64,000 nucleotides of DNA, from contig JADGBR010000003.1 of NCBI GenBank assembly GCA_015231405.1, forward strand, positions 29,549 through 93,548, written 5' to 3'. Under the pieces are notes generated by a model. That model saw only the letters and a list, made by a program, of their open reading frames with translations, made no database searches and was not told where the DNA came from. This stretch comes from Candidatus Omnitrophota bacterium. Its GTDB lineage: Bacteria > Omnitrophota > Gorgyraeia > Tantalellales > Tantalellaceae. Both the position numbers and the translations under genes were made by a program. This document shows, in pieces, positions 46,541 to 56,000 of the stretch (positions are counted from its first letter, which is position 1; each line of letters begins with the position of its first letter).

Positions 46541-46687
46541 ATGACGATCTATAAAATATTAGAAATAGCCGGAGGAGAAACAGGGCTAAAGATCCATTTG
46601 CCATACACTTTTTGCCAGAAGTTAAAATGGTTGTTCCTTGTACACTACTATTCAAATCAAAGTTTAAGGGAGACCGATAAGGGGTGA
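46541..46687 (+). CDS. Possible 48-aa small protein (below the ORF track cut-off)
   Basis: AAGGAG 6 nt upstream of ATG; MTIYKILEIAGGETG...; stop codon overlaps the GTG of the next ORF (GTGA). Confidence 0.3.
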   Translation: MTIYKILEIAGGETGLKIHLPYTFCQKLKWLFLVHYYSNQSLRETDKG

Positions 46688-46887
46688 TAAATATGATCAT
46701 GATCAAATGTCGCAAGTGCGGATCGATAAGTTACTCTTCATATGACGGGGCGAAATGTGCATGCGGGGGGGTAAGTGAAGACGCTGAGGAAAAAGCTGTT
46801 ACAAATACATTGCCGCTAAAGGGGGAAAAAAACATAGGAATATTTTTCGGCGAGGTATTGGCTTTGATCAATATGATCCTGATCTAG
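46684..46887 (+). CDS. Small putative zinc-ribbon protein
   Basis: CRKC..CACG motif; the true start may be ATG 46693 or 46699. Confidence 0.55.
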   Translation: MINMIMIKCRKCGSISYSSYDGAKCACGGVSEDAEEKAVTNTLPLKGEKNIGIFFGEVLALINMILI

Positions 46888-46955
46888 CGACCGCGAAAGG
46901 ATCGATCAGGATGTTCTTAGTGGCAACCGGATATGTTTTGTGGCATAGTATTGAC

Positions 46956-48449
46956 ATGTTCAAACATATCTCGGGGCGGGCCGGATCCCTCGGCGATATC
47001 CTTACAAAGTCCAGGTTCCTCAACGGCCTTCAATGTCCGCTTTTTCTTTGGACCCAGGCCCGTTTGCCTGAAAGGATACCGAGGCCTGACGCGGCAACGG
47101 CGAGGAGGTTTGATGCCGGGGACATGGTCGGCGAACTTGCCAAGAAAGTGTTCCCGGACGGCATCGACATTCCCCGCGATGATTTTTTCGGCAATATTGA
47201 GCTTGCCGGGAAAGCCATGAAAAAACGGCTGCCGATCTTTGAGGCGGGTCTTTTTGCCGGGAGGGTGTTTTCAAGGGTCGATATACTCGAGCCATCGGGA
47301 AAGACCGGATGGAACATTATCGAGGTTAAGAGCTCCGCGAGCGTCAAGGATCTTCATATAACAGACGTAGCGTTCCAGTACTTTTCGGCGATAGAAGCCG
47401 GTCTGTCGGTGAATAAGTGCTATCTAATGCATGTAAATACAGGGTATGTAAGGCGCGGGGATATATCGCCGTCGGAGTTTTTTGTCAGAGAAGATGTAAC
47501 GAGAAAAGCCGGGATCCGAGCCAGCGGCATCGGAAAAAAAGTTGGCGAGCTGCTTAAGGTCTTAGACGGCGACAGAATTCCGGAAAAAGACATAGGCGAG
47601 TGGTGCAGGTCGCCTTATCACTGTCCGATGATAAAAGAATGCTGGCGGTTCCTTCCGGATCATAGCGTCTTTGATCTTGCCGGGGCGGGAAAGAAGGCGT
47701 ATGAGCTTTATCGGGCTGGGATCCTCGCGATCACGGATATACCCGGCGGATATCCGCTTAAAAAGAATCAGATCATCCAACAAAAATGCGAGAGGGAAGG
47801 GCGTCCACACGCCGATATTAAGGCAATAAACGATTTCCTGTCGTTTTTGGAGTACCCGCTGCATTTCATGGATTTCGAGACGGTGAATCCGGCGGTGCCG
47901 CTTTACGAAGGGACAAGCCCTTTTGAGCAGATCCCTTTCCAGTTCTCTGTGTTCGTCGTCGAAAAAGAGGGAGCCCGGGCCGAAAGGAGGGATTTCCTGG
48001 CGGAAGGGATGATCGACCCCAGACCGGAATTCCTCCGTGAGCTTAAAAGCGCGTTAGGCCCGAGAGGGACAGTTGTGGCCTACAATAAATCGTTCGAGAA
48101 CGCCGTTCTCCGGAAGCTCGCGGTGATGTCGCCGGAAGACGCAGACTGGGTCCAGGACGTGATCTCAAGGACGGTAGATCTCCTAAGCCCGTTCAAGTCG
48201 TTCCAGTACTATCACCCTGGCCAGAAGGGAAAAGCTTCTATCAAGAATGTTCTTCCTGCGCTTACGGGTATAAGCTATGACGGCCTCGAAATATGTGAAG
48301 GGGGCGCCGCGTCCGACGCGTTCTTGGCGATCGTCGACGGAAGGCTCTCCGAAAAAGATAAGGCGAGAACACGCGCCGGTCTTATAACATACTGCGGGCA
48401 GGATGCCGAAGGGATGGTGCGGATCCTGGAAAAGCTTAAGAAAATTTAG
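46956..48449 (+). CDS. DUF2779-domain protein (PD-(D/E)XK/RecB-like nuclease fused to an RNase H-like domain)
   Basis: LTKSRFLNGLQCP, RVDIL..IIEVKSS..DVAFQ, C..PYHCP..C, FMDFET, QIPFQFS, AYNKSFE, SIKNVLP, YCGQD; start may be 46911. Confidence 0.85.
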   Translation: MFKHISGRAGSLGDILTKSRFLNGLQCPLFLWTQARLPERIPRPDAATARRFDAGDMVGELAKKVFPDGIDIPRDDFFGNIELAGKAMKKRLPIFEAGLFAGRVFSRVDILEPSGKTGWNIIEVKSSASVKDLHITDVAFQYFSAIEAGLSVNKCYLMHVNTGYVRRGDISPSEFFVREDVTRKAGIRASGIGKKVGELLKVLDGDRIPEKDIGEWCRSPYHCPMIKECWRFLPDHSVFDLAGAGKKAYELYRAGILAITDIPGGYPLKKNQIIQQKCEREGRPHADIKAINDFLSFLEYPLHFMDFETVNPAVPLYEGTSPFEQIPFQFSVFVVEKEGARAERRDFLAEGMIDPRPEFLRELKSALGPRGTVVAYNKSFENAVLRKLAVMSPEDADWVQDVISRTVDLLSPFKSFQYYHPGQKGKASIKNVLPALTGISYDGLEICEGGAASDAFLAIVDGRLSEKDKARTRAGLITYCGQDAEGMVRILEKLKKI

Positions 48450-48464
48450 AGGAGGATAACTGAT

Positions 48465-49664
48465 ATGGCGAATGAGTTGATCAAGTGCCCTGCCTGCGGG
48501 GCGGAGTTCGAATTATCGCAGGCGATAGCGCGGGATATGGAGACGGCATTCTCTAAGAAATACCAGGCCCAAATGAAAGAGTTCGAGGAGAAGGCGCGTC
48601 GTGAGATGAAAGAGCAGATGGAAACCGCGCAGAAGAAGTTCTCCGAAGATGCCCGTAAAAAGGCCGAAGCCGCTTTGAAGGGAGAGATCGACGAGCTTAA
48701 GGTCGAACTGGATTCGAAAACTAAAAGGCTCGATGAGAGCCGGAGAGAGGAGATAGCCCTCCGTAAGAGGCAGCGCGAACTCGAGGAGAAGGAGAAGGCT
48801 CTCGAGCTTGAGACCGCGAGAAGGATCGACGCGGAAAGGAAGAAGATACAGGAGGATACGCTTAAGAATTCGGAGGAGCGCTATAGGCTGAAAGACGCCG
48901 AAAAGGATAAACAGCTCTCCGATATGAAAAAGCAGATAGACGAACTTAAGAGGAAGGCCGAGATAGCTTCGCAGCAGAACCAGGGTGAGGTGCTTGAGCT
49001 CGAGCTTGAGGCAATGCTTAAGGATGAGTTCCAGTTCGATGATATCGAGCCAGTCGGAAAAGGGCAGAAGGGCGGGGACATTATCCAGACAGTAAAAACG
49101 CAGTCCGGACGTGTTTGCGGGAAGATACTCTGGGAAACTAAGAGGACGAAAGCATGGTCCGACACCTGGATACAGAAACTCAAGGACGATCAGAGGGACA
49201 CAAAAGCGGATATCGCCGTTCTTGTCTCGGAAAGCCTGCCGAAAGGGATGAGCCAGTTCAGGGTTATAGACGGCGTCTGGGTCGCGGCTTTATCATCGTC
49301 ATTAAGCCTGGCGCTCGCGCTCAGGGTTGTCCTCACGCAGGTGGCGAGGGAAAGGCAGCTTGAGACCGGGAAGAAAGAGAAGATGGAGCTGGTTTACAAT
49401 TATCTTACGGGCGTCGAGTTCCGTAACAGGGTCGAGGCAATAGTCGAATCTTTTCTGGCAATGAAACATGGCCTCGATAGGGAAAGGACGGCGATGAACA
49501 AGATCTGGGATAAAAGGGAAAAACAGATACAGAGAGTGCTCCTCAATATCGGCGGAATGCAGGGCGATATCGAGGGCTTATCGGGGATGACCCTCCCCAG
49601 GATCGACGCGCTGGAACTGCCTGAGGGGGATACGGAGGCTGAGGAAAATGACGTGGTCAGCTGA
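48465..49664 (+). CDS. DUF2130-domain protein (Zn ribbon, coiled coil, PD-(D/E)XK-like C-terminus)
   Basis: IKCPACG, long coiled coil, SQQNQGEVLE, GGDIIQ, ILWETKRTKAWS..WIQKLKDDQR; GAGGAG RBS. Confidence 0.9.
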   Translation: MANELIKCPACGAEFELSQAIARDMETAFSKKYQAQMKEFEEKARREMKEQMETAQKKFSEDARKKAEAALKGEIDELKVELDSKTKRLDESRREEIALRKRQRELEEKEKALELETARRIDAERKKIQEDTLKNSEERYRLKDAEKDKQLSDMKKQIDELKRKAEIASQQNQGEVLELELEAMLKDEFQFDDIEPVGKGQKGGDIIQTVKTQSGRVCGKILWETKRTKAWSDTWIQKLKDDQRDTKADIAVLVSESLPKGMSQFRVIDGVWVAALSSSLSLALALRVVLTQVARERQLETGKKEKMELVYNYLTGVEFRNRVEAIVESFLAMKHGLDRERTAMNKIWDKREKQIQRVLLNIGGMQGDIEGLSGMTLPRIDALELPEGDTEAEENDVVS

Positions 49665-50316
49665 TCAGGGGATATGCTGTTTTATCTCTCTTCCCGACAG
49701 CCGGAGTACGGAATTTATCGGTGAGCTCATCAGGCATTTCAGCGATGATGATCATGATCTCATACTGGGTTTCGTGGGTTTCAATAACCTGGAGGAGAAG
49801 GAATATAAAAAATATGAGGTTGAGATACTGAAGAGGAGCGCGGGGTATAAATTCGGCTATGTCGGATTTGATCCCGGTATTAAGGTTCTGTTCGAGAGAA
49901 TGATGAAGGGGCTTTTCACCCCCGTAATAAATGGGGTGAAGGCCTATCGCATGAGCGGGGAGATGCGGGATCATTTTATCCGGAACTATTTGGCTAAACT
50001 AAAACGCGCGCGTGGGACTATCTGGGACCTGGGTGTTTACAGGAACGACAGCCCGGTCATGGAATGCCATGACGATCTTACCGCTATAACATTTTACGAT
50101 GAAAATGAGATCAATGCCGGGTTCCTGGATAAGATGATCGACCGGAACATATTGGCGAACTACGCTATCACGGAAAAAGCGCCGGAAAATTTCATATGCC
50201 CCGGATGCGGAAGACCGAGCATCGATCAGTACCTCGTAGTAGCGAAAAACTTCACGCCGTCTGGTGACAATTTCGTTTGCGGGAGATGCTATAATAAAAT
50301 ATCCGTGACAATATAA
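49648..50316 (+). CDS. Hypothetical protein with a C-terminal CxxC..CxxC zinc ribbon
   Basis: 222-aa ORF overlapping the upstream stop codon; CPGC..CGRC. Confidence 0.65.
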   Translation: MTWSADQGICCFISLPDSRSTEFIGELIRHFSDDDHDLILGFVGFNNLEEKEYKKYEVEILKRSAGYKFGYVGFDPGIKVLFERMMKGLFTPVINGVKAYRMSGEMRDHFIRNYLAKLKRARGTIWDLGVYRNDSPVMECHDDLTAITFYDENEINAGFLDKMIDRNILANYAITEKAPENFICPGCGRPSIDQYLVVAKNFTPSGDNFVCGRCYNKISVTI

Positions 50317-50416
50317 CGGATATCTCCAAGATATCGTTCACCGTGCCAGAAATACTCAGTTCTTTCCTGGGTCTCATAGCTAACGTCTAAAAAAAGTCTT
50401 AGATGTTACAAATCAA

Positions 50417-50445
50417 TTGACTAAAATGCAAAAATAAGTTAGAAT
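50417..50445 (+). promoter_or_regulatory. Sigma70-type promoter
   Basis: TTGACT-17 bp-TAGAAT, 54 bp upstream of ATG 50500. Confidence 0.65.
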
Positions 50446-50499
50446 AATAAAATCCAAGAAAGCATAAAATGCAAAAAAGATAAATATCCCCGACTTATT

Positions 50500-52704
50500 A
50501 TGCCTACACGCAAAATTCTTTCGTTGATCATTGTATGTTCGGTTATATCAACCGACATTAGCTGGTGTTCGCCGGATCGTATGGAGTTGGCGACCAGGTC
50601 GATCTTTGGTCAGGATAAGGTCCGTGACAAAGGTATGATAAAGTATTATCTGGCCAGGCTCTTTTGGCCCGGGAGGTTCTTGTTGCCGATACCCGGAGAT
50701 GTAAATATAAGAGTGCCGAACGAAGATATTGGTATTGTTTTGGAATTCTCGCGCGAAAATGAGAAAGTGTTTTCCGGGTTGATAAATATCCCTTTCGCGC
50801 GGCATATTCCATGTAAAGTGGGACATTTTCAATATTACGCGTACATTACACCTGACACCTCCGGTAAAGCGCCCGAGATAACAATTTACGATATCGATGA
50901 ATTTGAGGCCGTTGAGAGACGTGGTTCTCTCGGGCATTATAGCGATCTATCGGTTCAGGCCGAAACCGTTCACGGTGAAATCGGATCGGAAGTAATGAGA
51001 ATAGAGTCGGACGGGGCTTATGAGTTGCGCATTAAATACAGCCCCGGAGGGAATAAGGAAGAAAGGGTAACTGATCTCCGGGAATTGGCGGTATCGCGCG
51101 TGGGTGAGGGATCCGGACAGAGGGAACTCGAGAATTGGGATAATTTTACGCTCATCCCGCATCTTAAAACTTTGTGGACCGGTTCCACGGAGATCATAAA
51201 GGCTAGAATCAGCAAGGCTATCCGTGTGATCCAGATGGAGTTCATGGGTATGCTCGTGACAACGAGCAAAGAACGTTTAGAGAGTATAGACAGGGTCATC
51301 ATCGATAACTATATCCCGAAGGGTGATAAGCCTTTCCTTGTCGCGGATACGGCAGTAAGTATGGGGTTCACCAGCGTCGATCTCGCGACGGCTTTGGAAA
51401 AAGCGGGAAAAAATTTCCGTATAATATCTTCTGACCGCATGATCAAGATAAGGTTAGTCGCGAGGAATGGCTGTTGGGCCATGTTCTATTCGAGCGGAAA
51501 ACTTTTAGCCGTCAGATATAAGGGGTCGGTGTACAGGGAAGGAAAGTTCGACGATCTGCCGGTCACCGTGATAGATGGCTTGTATGAATCATATAACAGC
51601 GGCCATTTCAGCGAATTTTCGAGAAGCTCTCCCGAAGTCGAAGAGTATATGAGGCAACATCCCGAAAGGTTGTATCAAGCTGAGATCGACGCGATGGACC
51701 CCAACCTTGATGAGAATAAATATGAGGTTGTAAGATGTTTTAATCTTTTTCAGTATTTCAATAATACCGACAGGCTGAAGATCGTGCGGAATTTGGGGCG
51801 TACGGTAAAAGAAGGAGGATATCTCATCGTCGGTTTTGGCAGCGAATACATACAATACGCGGTTTGGCGAAAAAACGGGAATAGGCTTTTAAGGGTAGAC
51901 GCTGACAGGGAAGGAGCCGACTATCTATACGGGCTTATAAATAACCCGGGGATGTTCAGGGATATCGATCTTGCCGACCTTTCAGGGAATCTGACCCCGG
52001 GAGAAGAAACGAGGGTGTACATGGATGAGAGGTTTAATAGAGCCGTCTTGGGAGCGGGTAAAACCGCGCGGGAGATCGCCGGAGCGCTGATGAGCATGGC
52101 GATCGATCTTAGTGAGGGAGAGAAAGCTCTCCTCGCGCTTGACGAAGATCTGGGAAAAGAAGGCACTGTAAATCTCATAAGGTCCATTGAAGAAGAGCTT
52201 TGCGGGCTTAAAACGGATGTTGACTGGAAGGAAATATTCGGAAGGATCACTATCATAAGAGGAAGAGGCTCCGCCCTTGTTAGAGATGTATTATCTCTTA
52301 CTGATGAGAGTGCCGGGAAAGATAAGATAGAATTGTCGAACGTTATGTTGATAGCCGGGTCGAACGGTGAGATCGCGAGCGCTTCCGGCGCTTTTCGGGG
52401 TGAGGCCATCGTAACGCTCATAGATGACGCCAACCTCGATATGATGAGTTATTATCCTTTCGGCGAGATCGTCCTTTTCACTGTCGGCAAAGCGCTTTTA
52501 AGGCGCGGTATCGGGGCATACAGCGAGGAACAGCTGATAAGTTTATGCAAGGCGATGAGTATTGAAATGCCAGAGGGCGATGACTGCCGTAAATACGTTA
52601 CATCAAATGTCGCCAAGATCACGCTTCGGCGCTGTGAAATATTCGAATATGACGAACAACGAGCTATATTCGCTAATATGAGCAGCGTGATACGATCACT
52701 ATAA
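50500..52704 (+). CDS. Signal-bearing protein with a CheR-like SAM-dependent methyltransferase domain; shares N- and C-terminal modules with the giant proteins
   Basis: VADTAVSMGFTSVDLA..IISSD..YEVVRCFNLFQYFN..VKEGGYLIVG; hydrophobic N-terminus plus LATRSIF; C-terminal LIDDANLDMMSYYPFGE. Confidence 0.8.
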   Translation: MPTRKILSLIIVCSVISTDISWCSPDRMELATRSIFGQDKVRDKGMIKYYLARLFWPGRFLLPIPGDVNIRVPNEDIGIVLEFSRENEKVFSGLINIPFARHIPCKVGHFQYYAYITPDTSGKAPEITIYDIDEFEAVERRGSLGHYSDLSVQAETVHGEIGSEVMRIESDGAYELRIKYSPGGNKEERVTDLRELAVSRVGEGSGQRELENWDNFTLIPHLKTLWTGSTEIIKARISKAIRVIQMEFMGMLVTTSKERLESIDRVIIDNYIPKGDKPFLVADTAVSMGFTSVDLATALEKAGKNFRIISSDRMIKIRLVARNGCWAMFYSSGKLLAVRYKGSVYREGKFDDLPVTVIDGLYESYNSGHFSEFSRSSPEVEEYMRQHPERLYQAEIDAMDPNLDENKYEVVRCFNLFQYFNNTDRLKIVRNLGRTVKEGGYLIVGFGSEYIQYAVWRKNGNRLLRVDADREGADYLYGLINNPGMFRDIDLADLSGNLTPGEETRVYMDERFNRAVLGAGKTAREIAGALMSMAIDLSEGEKALLALDEDLGKEGTVNLIRSIEEELCGLKTDVDWKEIFGRITIIRGRGSALVRDVLSLTDESAGKDKIELSNVMLIAGSNGEIASASGAFRGEAIVTLIDDANLDMMSYYPFGEIVLFTVGKALLRRGIGAYSEEQLISLCKAMSIEMPEGDDCRKYVTSNVAKITLRRCEIFEYDEQRAIFANMSSVIRSL

Positions 52705-52737
52705 TTATAGTTACCATAATGTCCATTTCGTGCGGTG

Positions 52738-52776
52738 GGACGGCAAGGTGCCGTACGAAGAATCCCATCTCCATCA
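52738..52776. repeat. 39-bp sequence repeated in inverted orientation at 62344-62382
   Basis: GGACGGCAAGGTGCCGTACGAAGAATCCCATCTCCATCA versus the reverse complement of 62344-62382, GGACGGCAAAGTGCCGTACGAAGAACCCCATCTCCTTCA: 36/39 identical. Confidence 0.9.
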
Positions 52777-53012
52777 TGACAGCACCAAGGCTATCACAAC
52801 GTTATAGATAAAAAAGCAAGAAATAAGCTATTTAATATATTTACGCTATGGTGTATACTTGTAAATAGCAAAAGCGAATTTTGTCGTAACGTTAAACAAG
52901 AAATTAGCCTTTAAACAAATCCGTACCAAAAAATGCGAATATAAATACGAACGATTTGTTATATTAACTATAGCTAAAGAATTTTAAAAAGGATAAAAAA
53001 AGGGGGGAGATA

Positions 53013-56000
53013 ATGAATAAGCATCTTGTTTGTTTGAAAGGTATGGTAATTATTTTTACGTTGTTGGTATCAGCTACATTAGGGGTAGCATTTGCTGAGA
53101 ACGATATTCTTCAGGATTTTAAGAGTAATCTTGAAACTATTCATGGCATGAAGATAGACTTGGATAAAATCGTGGTCAATCCGGATTTTCCGGGTGGGAT
53201 ATTGGTCAGTTATTCGGACGAGATGACCAATTGGGCGATAGACGCCGTTTATTTGGCTGACGGGAAACTGGGACAGGTGCGTTTCGGGTCGCTGAATTCC
53301 AAAATTGCCATCGAGGTTACACAGTCGACATGGGCGCTCGATACCTGGAACGAGACAGTTCAGGAAGGGGAGTTTTACAGGGGGGATCCAGGGAAAAACA
53401 CCGTTACATTCGGAGTAGACCCGCAATCCGGGGAAATACGATTTTATTATAGCGCGCAATTCGGGTACGCTCCGGAGAAAATAGCGTGGGCAAGCCCGCT
53501 ACGGCTGGATGACCTGAGAGAGTTATTGGGGAGATTTTATCAAGTCAACGATATGGCGGAAGAGCTGACAGTGAAGTTGCGACAGTATCAGGCAGAGTTG
53601 TTGACGCTTGCCCCGGTAGAAGATAAGCTTGATCGGGCAAGCGAGGAGTATACGGTAATGTATAACGCGTATATCCGCTATGACGGGTCCCTTAGAGTGC
53701 AGTTCCCTGTAACTGATATCCAGTTGGCTGCCGCATGGCATCTGCCTAAAACAAAACGGCAAGAACTTATAAACCGCATCAATGCCGCGCTTGTCAATGA
53801 TCCTATCGACATAGAGGAACTCAAATTGCTTCTTAACGAAAATGTCATGGGAATAGAGGAATCCGTGGATTCATTTAACGGTATCCGAGATATGTTCTTA
53901 TCCGGGATCGAAGAGGTGAGACTGGCGATAAGGGGTATGGACGAAGTCAACGATATGGCCGCTGGTTTCAAGAAGGAAATAGAAGCGCTTTACGGAAGAG
54001 ATATTGACGGGCAGGCGATAAATATTGTCGATATAACAGAAACCGCCGAGGGTATTGAAGCTATGATCACGGTAACGGAAGATGATCTTTCTCTGCGTTT
54101 TAAGGTGGTTGTTAAAGGCGGGTCAATAACAGAGATAACATCCGAAAACAGCCACGGTGTAAGTTTTATGGATATCTGCATGTTTATCAGGCAGAGCGTG
54201 GCTGAAGGTATGCTCATAGATACCAAAGAAGCACGTATAATCGGTATAGGGGTAACTCCTGCCGGTGATTATGAGTTCCTGATCGAGGCCGGTGATTTAG
54301 AAGTTAAATGCCTATACAACGACGCGCCGAATGACAAATATATCATAACCTCCGCGTTGAGCAGATCGACCGGCGTGGATTATCTCGCAAAAGGAACTGA
54401 ATACTTTAAGGAAGTGTTCAACGGTGTGAATGGTCTGGCGGTCAGAGCTCATATGTTCCCGGGATACCCACAGATGGCACTTTTGTTCCAAGGCCCCAAA
54501 GGCGAGTCTTCTATAGGGATATGGGTCATGCTGGACTCTAAGGGCGGCGCGTACTGCACGGACGACCGCGACGGGAGGACATTGCCGGATAAGGCCCTAT
54601 CCATAAGAAAAGAGGTGGCCGACGGGTTAAAGATCGATATCAACGAAGTGCAGATAAACGGCATGGATGTGATGGCGTCCGGGGAATACATATTTTATGT
54701 GGATATGGCCGACGGGGAATACTCCTTTACCTATATATGGTCCGCCGACGGGTCGGGGATAAGGCTTGAATCCGTGCGCAATAACATTAGCGGCTTACAT
54801 GCAAGTGTAATATACGAAAATATCCGGATGGTTAACGGCTATGATCATCTTATGCCCATGCGTATCATAGATTCTGAGAATGGCGGTATACTTGTCTATA
54901 TGAATTATTCGTTCATACCTGGAGATGACCCTGCCGGACCCAATCACATCGAGTTGACCGGGCTCTATTACCCCGGGGGGGCAACTTTGCGCATTCTCGG
55001 AGCGGTGGACCCGTTAAAACTGGCTACGGGCGGATATTGCATACCGGAGATGCTTTTAGCGCGAAATGCCGTTCGGGAGATGTTAAATATTGATCCATCC
55101 GGAATAGCTATAGGTGAAGTAGTCCAGGGCCCCGAGGATACTTACCGTATATCGGTGAAACCTGATGGTGCGGGTTTCCCGGAGAGTATTATTGTGACCG
55201 TTAAGGATGGGGCTATCGAAGATATAAATAACGATGAAAAATACGGCGTAAGTTTTCCCGAAAAATGCCTGTTCATCAGAGAGCAGGTAGCCGCGGGCCT
55301 ATCCATAGGTATAGATAAGGTGTCTATAAACGGCATAGGAATGACCGCGGCGGGAGATTATGAGCTCCTGGCCGACGCCAATGACCTGGAAGTGAAATGC
55401 CTATACAACGACGCGCCGAATGACAGATATATCATAACTTCCGCGTTGAGCAGATCGACCGGCGTGGATTATCTCGCGAAGGGGACTGATTACTTTAAGG
55501 AAGTGTTCAACGGTGTGAATGGGCTGGCGGTCAGAGCTCATATGTTCGCCGGAACTGATCAGATGGCACTTATATTCCAAGGCCCCAAAGGCGAGTCTCC
55601 TATCGGGATATGGGTAGTGCTAGACTCTAAGGGCGGCGCGTACTGCACGGACGACCGCGACGGGAGGACAATGCCGGATAAGGCCCTATCCATAAGAAAA
55701 GAGGTGGCCGACGGGCTGATGATGGATATCAAAGAGGTGTATATCAACGGTATGAACGTCAAGTACGGGGGAGATCATGAGTTTTTAGTGGATGCCGGCG
55801 AGTATTCGTTTGTTTATATTTGGCCGGGTGACGGGTCAGGAATAAGGATGGTAGAAGCGTTTAACAACCGTACCGGAAAAGACCTTCTGAGTAAGGCTGT
55901 TGAAGCGTTGAGCGACGTATTCAACCCGACAAGCTATGTGTTGTCGTACTGGGGAAGCGGAGAGGGTTGCATGGGCTTTGCGTTCAGGCTCCCTGACGGG

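Noticed and set aside
46359-46715. 118-aa hydrophobic minus-strand ORF
   Set aside because: An artefact of the poly-A/T-rich intergenic DNA.
52720-52796. Resemblance to a c-di-GMP-I riboswitch (GGGACG-CAA..ATGACAGC)
   Set aside because: It lacks the GGCAAAC/GNRA elements and correct P3 pairing; the core is better explained as the 39-bp repeat. Only a cmscan would fully exclude it.
54306-55715. Possible DGR template/variable repeat pair
   Set aside because: Differences are not adenine-specific and are mostly synonymous, both copies lie in one ORF, and no reverse transcriptase is present.
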